Source: Cyanobacteriota bacterium
Lineage (GTDB): Bacteria > Cyanobacteriota > Cyanobacteriia > Prochlorotrichales > Prochlorotrichaceae
Assembly: GCA_041164445.1 (NCBI GenBank)
Contig: JBEAPM010000084.1
Span: forward strand, 1 to 40,654
Direction of reading: 5' to 3'
DNA: 40,654 nucleotides
The notes under the pieces are model-generated. The model was not told where the DNA came from and made no database searches. It worked only from the letters and a program-made list of their open reading frames with translations. The position numbers and the translations under genes were made by a program. The stretch's first letter is position 1. Every line of letters starts with the position of its first letter. Shown one piece after another: positions 9,109 through 18,347 of the stretch.

Positions 9109-9207
9109 GGGTACCTCGAAAAGTTCAAAATTTTGCCCTAGTACCCACGGAAGAATAAGGATTGTGGTGGGCGGCGAAGCCGCCCGCCACAATGAATCGA
9201 GGTGCTC
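9109..9207 (+). mobile_element. MITE-like repeat, family B, 99 bp
   Basis: Ends GGGTACCTCGA...TCGAGGTGCTC form inverted repeats. Internal GC-rich hairpin ATTGTGGTGGGCGGC-GAA-GCCGCCCGCCACAAT. Flanked by the 4-bp duplication AATA (9105-9108 and 9208-9211). Confidence 0.75.
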
Positions 9208-9253
9208 AATACTTTAATAGAAATAAAAATTACCTTTATCAATCATCATTTTT

Positions 9254-9754
9254 ATGGAACTCGATTTAAGCCAACTGCAAAATCTGCTAACGACTCTCAA
9301 TCAAACGGATATTAGTGAGTTGACGTTACGGGTTGAAGATTTTGAACTGATTGTTCGCCGTCAGAACCTTGTTCCTTCAGGATATGGGACTGAGGCGGTA
9401 GATAATGCTGCCCCAACCGTTGAATCACCTGCTCCAGTGGTGGTGGCTGCGCCGCCGCCACCGCCTCCCGCTAAATCCACCTCTGCGCCTTTGCCGCCCC
9501 CCGGTAAACGGGAAAATGTGACGGAGATTGTTTCCCCGATGGTGGGAACTTTTTATTCTGCCCCGGCTCCAGGGGAGCTTCCCTTTGTTTCCGTGGGGGA
9601 TTCCGTTAAGCCCGGCCAAACGGTCTGTATTATTGAAGCTATGAAGTTAATGAATGAGTTAGAAGCGGAAGTGAGCGGTCAAATTCTGGAAATTTTAGTG
9701 GAAAATGGACAGCCCGTTGAGTTTAATCAGCCCTTGATGCGCATTGCAAAATAG
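9254..9754 (+). CDS. accB: Biotin carboxyl carrier protein of acetyl-CoA carboxylase
   Basis: Pro/Ala-rich linker followed by a biotinyl domain with [15 protein letters not shown]. The efp-accB pairing is common in cyanobacteria. Confidence 0.9.
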   Translation: MELDLSQLQNLLTTLNQTDISELTLRVEDFELIVRRQNLVPSGYGTEAVDNAAPTVESPAPVVVAAPPPPPPAKSTSAPLPPPGKRENVTEIVSPMVGTFYSAPAPGELPFVSVGDSVKPGQTVCIIEAMKLMNELEAEVSGQILEILVENGQPVEFNQPLMRIAK

Positions 9755-9900
9755 CACAACATCAATATTCCTACCTGGACACTCGGGCGAAATTTTGAAT
9801 GTTTTGAGGTTCCCCATAGCAAAGTAAAAGTGTGCGTGATGCAAAGAGCACCGCTTGTGGTTAACTTTTTGAGCTTGCAGGGAAAAGCCCAGGCTGAATC

Positions 9901-10815
9901 ATGAGATCTCTAATTTTAAGCTCGATTTTGATGCTGTGTCCTTCTCCTGAGAGTCCTGGGTTTCGGCTGTTGACCCTAGTAGTGGATGGGGTCTCCCTGG
10001 GGAGTTTACTGGCCCTCGGGGCGGTGGGGTTGACCCTGGTCTATGGTATTTTAAGGCTCCCTAATTTTGCCCAGGGGGATCTGATCACCTGGGGGGCTTA
10101 TCTGACCCTTGTGGGCATTCAGTACCTACATCTTCCTTGGGGGGCTGCGATCGTCTTGAGTGGGGTCATTAGTAGTGCTCTGTTGCTGCTGCTCGATCGC
10201 ATCGTTTGGCGGCCCTTACGATCGCAACGGGCCAATTCAACAACCTTTATGATTACCTCTATTGGCTTAGCGCTGGTGTTGCGGAATCTGGTGACCTTAC
10301 TTTGGGGGGTGGATAATCAGACCTATGGTTTGCCTTTGGCGGAGCCGATTCCCCTTTTTTGTTTGCCGATTCTCTACTACCGCCTCATGATTCTGGGGGT
10401 GGTGGGCTTGGTTTTGTTGGGGCTGCATTATCTGTTACAACAAACCCGTTGGGGCAAAGCGATGCGGGCCGTGGCGGACAATGCGGATTTAGCAGCGGTG
10501 ACGGGGATTAATGTGGAGCGTATTGTTACTTATACCTGGATTGTGGTGGGGATCTTAACGGCGATCGCAGGGGGACTATACGGGTTAGTGACGGTGGTGC
10601 GGCCCAGTATGGGGTGGTTTTTGATTTTGCCCCTCTTTGCGGCGGTGATTTTAGGGGGCATTGGGAATCCCTACGGTGCGATCGTTGGAGCCCTAGCGAT
10701 CGGGATTAGCCAGGAGGTGAGTACCTACTGGTTAGACAATGAGTATAAACTTGTCGTAGCTTTGGCCATCATGCTCCTGATATTATTAATACGCCCTCAA
10801 GGGTTATTTGGCTAA
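9901..10815 (+). CDS. Branched-chain amino acid ABC transporter permease (LivH-type)
   Basis: Polytopic membrane protein with VDGVSLGSLLALGAVGLTLVYGILRLPNFAQGDL and GGIGNPYGAIVGA. The true start may be the internal ATG near 9931. The last Gly codon and the stop codon lie inside the family A repeat at 10810. Confidence 0.8.
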   Translation: MRSLILSSILMLCPSPESPGFRLLTLVVDGVSLGSLLALGAVGLTLVYGILRLPNFAQGDLITWGAYLTLVGIQYLHLPWGAAIVLSGVISSALLLLLDRIVWRPLRSQRANSTTFMITSIGLALVLRNLVTLLWGVDNQTYGLPLAEPIPLFCLPILYYRLMILGVVGLVLLGLHYLLQQTRWGKAMRAVADNADLAAVTGINVERIVTYTWIVVGILTAIAGGLYGLVTVVRPSMGWFLILPLFAAVILGGIGNPYGAIVGALAIGISQEVSTYWLDNEYKLVVALAIMLLILLIRPQGLFG

Positions 10816-10889
10816 CAACTTAAGGTGGAAGAGTGCGGCGCAGAGCGCCGCACTCTTCCATTAAATTTTTTCGCTTTAAGTGGAAAGCC
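10810..10889 (+). mobile_element. Family A repeat, full-length 80 bp
   Basis: GGCTAACAACTTAAGGTGGAAGAGTGCGGCGC-AGA-GCGCCGCACTCTTCC...GTGGAAAGCC, flanked by a perfect 8-bp duplication GGTTATTT (10802-10809 and 10890-10897). Confidence 0.85.
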
Positions 10890-10976
10890 GGTTATTTCGG
10901 GGCAGGTTATAGTCCCTCGCCACGGGATTACCGCACTGGGCGTTGATACCTCGTCTTTTCCCAGGGATGATGAGCC

Positions 10977-11711
10977 ATGAGTTCCTACAATTTGCGCGTT
11001 GCGGATCTACCCCTGAATGAGCGTCCCCGGGAGCGTCTCGTGCATTACGGCGCAAAAAGTTTATCGAATGCCGAACTGTTAGCCATTCTTTTGGGGACAG
11101 GGCAGGGAGCCGGTAAACTTTCCGCCGTGGGCTTAGGACAACACATTTTGCAATACCTCAGTCAAGATCAGCGGGATCCCCTCTCCGTCTTGCGGGATAT
11201 TGCCATTGCTGAACTAACTCAAATTCATGGGATTGGCCCCGCCAAAGCCACAACGATCGTTGCAGCGATCGAACTGGGTAAACGAGTCTTTCAAACTCGT
11301 CCCCCCGAAAAAGACCCTATTGATAACCCCAAAGCTGCAGCGGATCTGCTCAGTGGGGAACTCATGTGGCAGGCCCAGGAACGTTTTGCGATCGTTATGT
11401 TGGATGTTAAAAACCGCCCCGTGGCCACCAAGGTCATTAGTATTGGTACGGCTACAGAAACCTTGGCCCATCCCCGTGATATTTTTCGGGAAGTGATTCG
11501 TCAAGGCGCAACGCGGGTGATTATTGCTCACAACCATCCCTCTGGGAATGTGGAACCCAGCCCAGAAGATCTGGCACTCACTCGTCAATTGTTGCAAGGC
11601 GCACAACTCCTGGCCATTCCGCTTTTAGATCACTTGATTTTGGGCCACGGGAACTACCACAGCCTCAGACAAAATTGCACCCTTTGGCAAGATTATCCTC
11701 AGGGGGATTAG
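10977..11711 (+). CDS. radC: RadC-family JAB/MPN domain protein
   Basis: N-terminal PRERL....G...[12 protein letters not shown], a helix-hairpin-helix stretch ([21 protein letters not shown]) and the JAMM motif [19 protein letters not shown]. Confidence 0.85.
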   Translation: MSSYNLRVADLPLNERPRERLVHYGAKSLSNAELLAILLGTGQGAGKLSAVGLGQHILQYLSQDQRDPLSVLRDIAIAELTQIHGIGPAKATTIVAAIELGKRVFQTRPPEKDPIDNPKAAADLLSGELMWQAQERFAIVMLDVKNRPVATKVISIGTATETLAHPRDIFREVIRQGATRVIIAHNHPSGNVEPSPEDLALTRQLLQGAQLLAIPLLDHLILGHGNYHSLRQNCTLWQDYPQGD

Positions 11712-11793
11712 ACCGGTGCGTCTCTTTGTTGTCTCGTTGTGGTGTCCGGAAACACTTTGAGAAATATGCAGTAAACTGGCAGAGTAACAACCT

Positions 11794-13002
11794 ATGATGC
11801 ATTTTAGTTGGTCACACCTAATACGTTTTAAACGCTTAAGAGGTGCTCGTAAGTATCTTTATTTACTGGTGTCTATTCTTTTGACTACCATTGTAATCAT
11901 TGCCACAACCCCAGAGCATGCTTACAGTCAAGATCAGACAGAACTTCAGGTTATTCCCTTTGATTCCGATCGCTGGGAAATCAATGCTGAGGAAAGTGAA
12001 GTGAAGCCCTATTTAGGGGAAACAGCTCTGTTCTTAAAAGGTGGATTTGCGACTTTAAAAGACGCTAATTTTACCAACGGTATTATCGAATTTGATATTG
12101 CCTTTAGTGATGAAAGGGGCTTTATGGGAGTGGTTTGGCGCTACCAAGATCCTAAAAATCATGAGAAGTTTTACATGCGTCCCCACCAGTCTGGGAATCC
12201 CGATGCGAATCAGTATACTCCAGTGATCAATGGGATTACGGGTTGGCAGTTATATTTTAATCCCGGACGCTATACGGTTCCGGCTGTTTATCCTTATGAT
12301 CAGTGGATGCATGTTAAGGTCATTGTGTCTGGTAAAGAGGCGGCCATTTACCTCAACGATGCAGAGGAACCTAGCTTATTTATTCAAGATATGAAGCGGG
12401 ATATTGAAGCAGGTTCAATTGGCATAGAAGTTGAAGCCTTTGCTCCGGGTCACTTTGCAAACTTTAGTTACGTTAATCTGGATAATCCTCCCATCGGAGA
12501 ACCCGCTGATCCTCTGCCACCGCTTCCGGCTGGGACTGTTTCTGCGTGGTCAGTATCTAACGCCTTTGAAGAGAGTTTTGTTGAAAACAAATTCAGCTTA
12601 TCTCCTGCTGATCTGCAAGGTTTGACGTGGGACACTGTACAATCCGATCCTCTCGGTATTGCAAATTTAGCGCTGGTTCAAGGGGTCGAGGGTGAAAAGA
12701 ACACAACCTTTGCTCGCGTTCGGATTCTTTCCGATCGGGATCAAATTAAGCCCTTACAATTTGGGTTTAGCGATTGGGCCAGAGTGTACTTCAACAATCA
12801 GTTACTCTATGCCGGTAACAATAAGGTGCGCTCCAGGGATTATCGCTTCCTGGGTACGATCGGTTTGTTTGATCAACTCTATTTACCGCTGAAAAAGGGT
12901 GAAAATGAACTCTGGATTGCCGTCTCTGAAAATTTCCCCTTTGGTGGTTGGGGGGTTCAAGCTGCTTTCTCTGATCAAGATGGTATTACTTTCCTAGACT
13001 AA
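11794..13002 (+). CDS. Secreted hypothetical protein; the N-terminal domain is tentatively ConA-like/DUF1080-like
   Basis: Signal/TM segment (LYLLVSILLTTIVIIATT) followed by beta-rich sequence (FTNGIIEFDIAFSDERGFMGVVWRYQD). The family assignment is by eye only. Confidence 0.5.
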   Translation: MMHFSWSHLIRFKRLRGARKYLYLLVSILLTTIVIIATTPEHAYSQDQTELQVIPFDSDRWEINAEESEVKPYLGETALFLKGGFATLKDANFTNGIIEFDIAFSDERGFMGVVWRYQDPKNHEKFYMRPHQSGNPDANQYTPVINGITGWQLYFNPGRYTVPAVYPYDQWMHVKVIVSGKEAAIYLNDAEEPSLFIQDMKRDIEAGSIGIEVEAFAPGHFANFSYVNLDNPPIGEPADPLPPLPAGTVSAWSVSNAFEESFVENKFSLSPADLQGLTWDTVQSDPLGIANLALVQGVEGEKNTTFARVRILSDRDQIKPLQFGFSDWARVYFNNQLLYAGNNKVRSRDYRFLGTIGLFDQLYLPLKKGENELWIAVSENFPFGGWGVQAAFSDQDGITFLD

Positions 13003-13012
13003 GATTGAGCAC

Positions 13013-13030
13013 GGGCGGTTAACCCCGCCC
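13013..13030 (+). terminator. GC-rich hairpin after the 402-aa ORF
   Basis: GGGCGG-TTAACC-CCGCCC lies 11 nt after the stop codon. There is no strong U tract, so function as an intrinsic terminator is uncertain. Confidence 0.3.
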
Positions 13031-13057
13031 TTCAAGCCATTACCCCCGTGACAATCT

Positions 13058-13123
13058 GGTAATCCACTTAAGGTTGCAGAGTGCCGCACTCTGCCATTAA
13101 ATTTTTTGCTTTCAGTGGAAAGC
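13058..13123 (+). repeat. Family A repeat, diverged 66-bp copy with a shortened hairpin
   Basis: GGTAATCCACTTAAGGTTGCAGAGTGCCGCACTCTGCCATTAAATTTTTTGCTTTCAGTGGAAAGC. No clear target duplication. Confidence 0.6.
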
Positions 13124-13147
13124 AAAAAATGTGAAAATACTTTTAAC

Positions 13148-13510
13148 ATGATAAGCAATCGTACTGTTCTGGTCTGTCATTCTAAAACCTGTCTCAAAGA
13201 TGGAGCGAGAGAGGTTTTAGCGGCCTTTGAGCAAGAGGTGCCGGACAAGATCAGCCTTCAATCTCGGCCCTGTACGGGGGAATGTGGGAGTGGCCCGATC
13301 GTGATAGTCCTTCCGGAGGAAATTTGGTATAGCCGAGTTCAGCCCAAGGATGTTCCCTTAATTGTCCGCCAACATTTAAGGGGGGGGGAACCCTGTTACC
13401 GCAAAACTCTACTCAAAATATCATCCCTCCCAGAAGTCAGTGCTGATCTGGGGGGTGATGAGTGGATTTTGTTTACTCATTTTTGGCCTACTGTTCTGGT
13501 TTATTGCTAG
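13148..13510 (+). CDS. Thioredoxin-like [2Fe-2S] ferredoxin-domain protein; the C-terminal frame is uncertain after the G9 tract
   Basis: VLVCHSKTCLKDGAREVL...RPCTGECGSGPIVIVLPEEIWYSRVQPKDVPLIV fits the four-Cys thioredoxin-like ferredoxin pattern. ATG at 13148 is preferred because the 13106 start lies inside a repeat copy. See the finding on the G9 tract at 13380-13388. Confidence 0.7.
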   Translation: MISNRTVLVCHSKTCLKDGAREVLAAFEQEVPDKISLQSRPCTGECGSGPIVIVLPEEIWYSRVQPKDVPLIVRQHLRGGEPCYRKTLLKISSLPEVSADLGGDEWILFTHFWPTVLVYC

Positions 13511-13561
13511 CCAGACTTATTATTTTTGAAGGCTTTTGGTTTCCCACTCACAACGAAGAAG

Positions 13562-13618
13562 TTTCAATGGAAGAGTGCGGCACTCCGCGCTGCACTCTTC
13601 CGCTTTAAGTGGGTAGTC
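13562..13618 (-). repeat. Family A repeat, short diverged copy
   Basis: AATGGAAGAGTGCGGCACTCCGCGCTGCACTCTTCCGCTTTAAGTGGGTAGTC. Hairpin plus one end only. Confidence 0.55.
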
Positions 13619-13635
13619 TTCAACGTACATTCATT

Positions 13636-14313
13636 TCAACACCAGGATGCTTCCCCAGGGGCACTATGGAGTAACTCCCGTATATTCGCTTCCATGACTC
13701 GATAGCCAACATTACCCAGTAGTCGTTGTCGCCCTTCATTAAAAATGAGGGTGGGGCTGACGGTTACTCCGTATTCCTTCACTAAGTCTAAATCTTTTGA
13801 GAGTTCAGCATAGGCATCACCACAATTGATTTGCGCTTCGATCGCCGCGATCGGTAGACCTAAACTTTCTGCGAGTTCAAACTGGACAGACCGATCGGAA
13901 ATATCAGTTAAACGGGCAAAAAATGCTTCTCTAAAGGCACGAATGGCATGGTCAAAAATGAAGTGATTTGGATCTACTAATTCCTTCTTTTCTAGCAACT
14001 TAATGGCGTGTAAAAAGAGGTGACAAGAGGTGGAAGAAGCGGGTTTAACTTTAGTCCATAGTTCAGGATGAACGGTCACATAACTAAACTTTTGGACAAT
14101 CTCTTGGACATGATCACTGTAGGCTTGCAAGCCTCCCCGATCGCGCCATCGATTTTCCAATTTTTCGCGGGCAAAGCCAAATACGGTTACAAAATGATGT
14201 TCAATTTGAATCTTTTCTTGGAATGTGGTTTTTAATTCGTCAAGACGGATCTGAGCGACATAAGCCCAAATACAAAAAATATCGGAGAAGTCAAAAATAC
14301 GAATGGGTTCCAT
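13636..14313 (-). CDS. DsbA-like thioredoxin-fold protein
   Basis: MEPIRIFDFSDIFCIWAY resembles the DsbA/FrnE N-terminus but has a single Cys where CxxC normally sits. Start chosen at the ATG at 14313; the track ORF opens at 14337. Confidence 0.55.
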   Translation of the reverse strand: MEPIRIFDFSDIFCIWAYVAQIRLDELKTTFQEKIQIEHHFVTVFGFAREKLENRWRDRGGLQAYSDHVQEIVQKFSYVTVHPELWTKVKPASSTSCHLFLHAIKLLEKKELVDPNHFIFDHAIRAFREAFFARLTDISDRSVQFELAESLGLPIAAIEAQINCGDAYAELSKDLDLVKEYGVTVSPTLIFNEGRQRLLGNVGYRVMEANIRELLHSAPGEASWC

Positions 14314-14399
14314 AGTCAGGGCCGTGAGCAGTAGCAAAATAACTGAGTTGCAGCAATCCTAAAGGGGTTGTGTGGTGTGCGCCTACCACACAATGGTTT

Positions 14400-14444
14400 C
14401 AGCAGTCTAGTTCGTAACACTGATTGACTGCTGTCTGTTTTTTT
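14400..14444 (+). terminator. Orphan intrinsic-terminator-like hairpin plus T7 run
   Basis: CAGCAGTC (14400-14407) pairs with GACTGCTG (14426-14433), followed by TCTGTTTTTTT. There is no plus-strand ORF upstream. Confidence 0.35.
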
Positions 14445-14455
14445 GAAGGATTTTT

Positions 14456-14535
14456 GACTTTCCACTGAAAGCGGAAAAATTTAATGGAAGAGTGCGGCGC
14501 GGAGCGCCGCACTCTTCCGCCTTAAGTTGGTAGCC
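14456..14535 (-). mobile_element. Family A repeat, full-length 80 bp
   Basis: Reverse orientation. Hairpin GGAAGAGTGCGGCGC-GGA-GCGCCGCACTCTTCC. Flanks GGATTTTT and GAATTTTT match at 7 of 8 positions. Confidence 0.8.
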
Positions 14536-14708
14536 GAATTTTTAGTGGTAAATAATTATATGGTTAAGAATAAAATAATGCAAGATCCCGTCTACCTGCC
14601 TACCTGCCGTAACGATCGATGTGATCTAGGGTGGGATCAATTGCCTCAATTGAATCCAAGTCTGAAACAAGTACCGCATCAGCATTGCATTACTAATTGA
14701 TGATGCTT

Positions 14709-15881
14709 CTAGTCTTGCTTTAAGCCCTGGAGTTTCGCTTGGGCTTCTGTTAATCCCTTACCTTGAATCAGCACCCAAAAGTTCCCTAGTCCACCGGGAT
14801 CGAGCAGTTGATGGAGTGCATCCCGACGCTGAAGGAGACTGGATAAGGTATGGGGATGGAGAGAGAGCGCCTGTAGGCGATCGCCTAGGCCTAGGGCCAT
14901 TAAAAAGAGAGCTTGACGAGTCCATCCTAGGGTTTTTAAACCGATCGCTTCGCCCCAGCGTTGTAGATCCGTAAAATTGACATGGGCGGTGATGTCTTGT
15001 TCCCCGAGGTTGACGTAGGGATTATCGTGTCGGCGATGTTGATAGTAACATTGCAGAGTACCTTGGCTACGCTGGGGATGATAGTAACGATCGCGATCGT
15101 AACCATAATCAATGGTAATGACATAGCCTATCTTTAACTTTGTTGCGATGGTCTTTAACCACTCTTGAGCCGCTAAATTAACTTCGGTGCGATAGGGGTT
15201 GGGATAAGGGGGGTGCGTTAAATCGAGATTTTGTTCTCTAAAGTAATGGATAAGGCGATCGCTAGAGAGGGGGCCATATTCTTCCTGCCAGCGATCGTTT
15301 TTCCAGGTCACATAAACTTCCTGGAGTTCGCCGTCTTGGGCAATTACTTGATGTACGGGGAAGGCATCTACCAACTCATTTGAGAAAAAACAGCCCACCA
15401 CACTGTTATCGGCTAATTCATCCCAATTGAGCCAGTTCAAACGATCGAAACTGGACTGAGGATCGGTTTCCTCATCAATAAGATAGTCCCGCAACTGTTC
15501 CTGTTGTTGCTGCCGTAACCCTGGAGAACGTTCAATAATCCTATAGCAAAGCGATCGATAACAAGGGGGGGATGATTTTGCGATCCATCCTAAAATATCC
15601 TGTGCTAAAAACCCTTCACCGCCCCCCATTTCTACCACCATAAAAGGAGTTGGACAATGGAGCTGATGCCAACAGTCTACTAACTGCTGAGCCAACAGTT
15701 CACCAAAGTCTATCCCCAGATGTACTGCCGTAAAAAAATCTCCCCGTTTTCCTAATCCTTTCCCTTGGCTGTAGTAGCCTGCTTGGGAGTGATACAGTGC
15801 CCAGTCCATGAACTCGATAAAGGGAATTTGGGCAGTAGACTGATGCTCAAGGTGATTCTGTAGAACTAGCGCTAAGTTCAA
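14709..15881 (-). CDS. Class I SAM-dependent methyltransferase, DUF185/NDUFAF7(MidA)-like
   Basis: VVEMGGGEGFLAQDIL glycine-rich SAM motif and FFSNELVDAFPVH, at a family-typical length of 390 aa. Confidence 0.75.
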   Translation of the reverse strand: MNLALVLQNHLEHQSTAQIPFIEFMDWALYHSQAGYYSQGKGLGKRGDFFTAVHLGIDFGELLAQQLVDCWHQLHCPTPFMVVEMGGGEGFLAQDILGWIAKSSPPCYRSLCYRIIERSPGLRQQQQEQLRDYLIDEETDPQSSFDRLNWLNWDELADNSVVGCFFSNELVDAFPVHQVIAQDGELQEVYVTWKNDRWQEEYGPLSSDRLIHYFREQNLDLTHPPYPNPYRTEVNLAAQEWLKTIATKLKIGYVITIDYGYDRDRYYHPQRSQGTLQCYYQHRRHDNPYVNLGEQDITAHVNFTDLQRWGEAIGLKTLGWTRQALFLMALGLGDRLQALSLHPHTLSSLLQRRDALHQLLDPGGLGNFWVLIQGKGLTEAQAKLQGLKQD

Positions 15882-15919
15882 TGAGTTTTTAACTCCATTG
15901 TGGGATCAAATGAAAAGGG

Positions 15920-16198
15920 TTAATCTTCGGGTTCAAGGGTACTTGTTAACCCATGACTTTTTAAGGTTTCACAGTAAAATTCCGCTGGCTCTAAGTCACA
16001 AATAATCACCAGTGCTAAGCCGTTGGTATGGGCTTCCATCATGATACTGACGGCCTTCGTTTCACTGATGGGCACCGTCGTCATTAGTACCTGAACAACA
16101 TATTCCATGCTGTTAAAGTCATCATTATGCAGCAAAACCCGGTAGCGGGGTGCAATTTTACGAACGGTAGATGTTTTTTCTAGGGTTTGAACAGACAC
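15920..16198 (-). CDS. clpS: ATP-dependent Clp protease adaptor ClpS
   Basis: YRVLLHNDDFNSMEYVVQVLMTTVP...AVSIMMEAHTNGLALV is the ClpS core; 92 aa. Confidence 0.9.
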   Translation of the reverse strand: MSVQTLEKTSTVRKIAPRYRVLLHNDDFNSMEYVVQVLMTTVPISETKAVSIMMEAHTNGLALVIICDLEPAEFYCETLKSHGLTSTLEPED

Positions 16199-16428
16199 AG
16201 AAGCCTCCTTTTTGATACACCAATTATGATGAGCACCTCGAAAAATCCAAACCTGGGTTCCTCTTTTTACGCAGTCCCTGCATCGAGGTGTTCTAGGAAG
16301 GGATGGGCTAAAATCGCCACCTTGTCTCTAGAGCCTCTAGTGGAACATGGTGGATCGATCATACCTGCCCCTTCTTCATTATTTTTTAGCATATCTAACC
16401 CAGTCGGGCTATGAGGCTTGCCCGGATT

Positions 16429-17214
16429 CTAAAAAATAAAACGGAGTAGTAAGGGGGTCACCGATTGCACCGTATTCCGCAGACTATTGAAAAAACCGCC
16501 TTGTTGTTTCTGGGGCTGCAGGGATTCTTCTAGGGCGAGGGTCAAATTATCCGCAACGCCCTTACCTTGGCTATTTCCCTGGGTTTCAAACAGTTGGGCC
16601 GCCGTCTGACTATCGACGATCGCTCCCCTCGTATCATTGATATTCTGACGAGAAATCGCTCGGCTCAGATAGGTCAAGGCAAACTCTGGATTGCGTGCTA
16701 AGGCTTGATTATAATAGTCCACCGCTTGCTCATGCCGGCCCGCCTTGGCTGAAGCCACCCCCCAATTGTGAAAATCCTCAAACCGTCCGGCACTAGTGGG
16801 CACCCCTACCGCTCCCTGGAGATTGGCGTATTCTAAATTCGTTTCATCCAGAATTGCGGCAAAGAGATAGGCATTGCGCAGATCCGCTGCACTTAAATTC
16901 GCGGTGGCGAGGTTTGCCCCCATAAAGTTGCTCCCGACCAGGGTTGCACCGCTGAGATTTGCCCCTGCCAAATTGGCCCCGGTCAGATTGGATTGGCTGA
17001 GATTCGCTCCGGCTAAATTCGCCCCCGTTAAGTCTGCGTCTTCTAAATTGGCTAAAACTAAATCGGCTCTCCGCAGATCGCACTCCACACAGCTTCCAGT
17101 GGTGAGCAGTTGTCTCAAATCCTCTAGATTTTCAGCATGGGCCGGAGTCCAGGCACAGTCTGCGACCAGGAGCAGAAAGGGGATGAATTTCAGCAAAGGG
17201 GAAAACGATCGCAT
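16429..17214 (-). CDS. Secreted pentapeptide-repeat protein with a C-terminal TPR-like segment
   Basis: Signal peptide, then about 20 consecutive A(D/N)LxG-type pentapeptides (ANLAGANLSQSNLTGANLAGANLSGATL...), then HEQAVDYYNQALARNPEFALTYLSRA. Confidence 0.85.
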   Translation of the reverse strand: MRSFSPLLKFIPFLLLVADCAWTPAHAENLEDLRQLLTTGSCVECDLRRADLVLANLEDADLTGANLAGANLSQSNLTGANLAGANLSGATLVGSNFMGANLATANLSAADLRNAYLFAAILDETNLEYANLQGAVGVPTSAGRFEDFHNWGVASAKAGRHEQAVDYYNQALARNPEFALTYLSRAISRQNINDTRGAIVDSQTAAQLFETQGNSQGKGVADNLTLALEESLQPQKQQGGFFNSLRNTVQSVTPLLLRFIF

Positions 17215-17264
17215 AGAAACTGACTCTCCAGTGAAGATGTTACAGCAGTTATATCGTCTGATGG

Positions 17265-18347
17265 CTAGAAATGGCCCGTGGACGCTTGTTGAAGTTTGAT
17301 CTGCACCTGCTGAATTAAGTGGGACAATGGGGGAGGAATCCCCGGCATATCAGTAATGGGAGCCCCCTGGTAGTAAATTTGACAGGTTAACTCTTGACTG
17401 TCCGGTAATTCTAACGGCTCGATCGTGATGGGCTGTTGTAATTGCGCGGGGGATAACTGAGCAATTGACCTTAAGATCTGGGCGGTAAATAGTCCTTTAT
17501 TGGGGATTTCTAAACAGTAGAACTTGTCGGCTTGGACGTGGAGATGCAGCTTAGGTTCCGCTGATTCTGCTGTTACAATGTTTAAGGCTTGAGGAATACA
17601 GGTCAAGGCCTGTCCATGGATGGCAAGGGGGGGGGTCTGCTCATGGCGTAAATGCCAGTAGCTGCCTTGTTTTGCTTCGCAGTAGATAATTTCTTGGCGA
17701 TAGTGGTTAGTAAAGCCTAAACGCTGAGCGGGTAAATGGGGAACGATCGTTTCTAGGGTTTGAGCAATTTGTTCTAGGGTTTTAGTGATCTTAACCAGGG
17801 GATCTACAGGCGTTGATATCTTATAGTTTTCTTCTTTAGACAGCGTAGAAAGGAGACGTTTATGGCGATATTGATAATAGGTTTCCGTTGCACTTACTAA
17901 AGCTAAGTCTAAATTTTCATTGCTTAATAAATTTTGTTTGAATTCTTTGAGGACACTACCTTTATGCACAGAACCATTGATTTTGGCAATGAGACTGATG
18001 GCTTGCTCATCCGGCATACTGGTTTGCAGATAGAGAATATTGATTAGTTTATCTAACTCCGTAGGTTCAAATGTAATTGAGTGGACTGCTCTGTATTCTG
18101 TTGCCGGAAGGGATATTTTCTTTTGATCTGTTAAGGGATAGGCGTGAATTGATCCAGTCCCCTTTGTTGCATCAACCGAAGATCGCTCATGGACTAAAGT
18201 TTGATCTTGAGAAATCTGAATTTGTACTTTAATTTTATTACTCAGATGGATAGCATTTTGATCCGCAACTGTCGTCTGGACATGGAGCAGCATGAGTAGT
18301 TGTTCAATTTCCCGAAAATGAAAAGCGATCGTAAATAATTTAGACAT
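17265..18347 (-). CDS. Hypothetical protein, paralog 1 (360 aa) with a duplicated N-terminal module
   Basis: A long ORF homologous over its length to the neighbouring 272-aa ORF. I recognised no known family. Confidence 0.7.
   Translation of the reverse strand: MSKLFTIAFHFREIEQLLMLLHVQTTVADQNAIHLSNKIKVQIQISQDQTLVHERSSVDATKGTGSIHAYPLTDQKKISLPATEYRAVHSITFEPTELDKLINILYLQTSMPDEQAISLIAKINGSVHKGSVLKEFKQNLLSNENLDLALVSATETYYQYRHKRLLSTLSKEENYKISTPVDPLVKITKTLEQIAQTLETIVPHLPAQRLGFTNHYRQEIIYCEAKQGSYWHLRHEQTPPLAIHGQALTCIPQALNIVTAESAEPKLHLHVQADKFYCLEIPNKGLFTAQILRSIAQLSPAQLQQPITIEPLELPDSQELTCQIYYQGAPITDMPGIPPPLSHLIQQVQIKLQQASTGHF

Noticed and set aside
16187-16414. A 75-aa plus-strand ORF between clpS and the pentapeptide gene
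   Set aside because: It overlaps the clpS start region and a family B repeat fragment, and no coding features were recognised.
16844-17299. ORFs of 79 aa and 141 aa overlapping the pentapeptide-repeat gene
   Set aside because: The repetitive pentapeptide-coding DNA keeps other frames open. Only the 261-aa frame gives a signal peptide plus regular A(D/N)LxG repeats.
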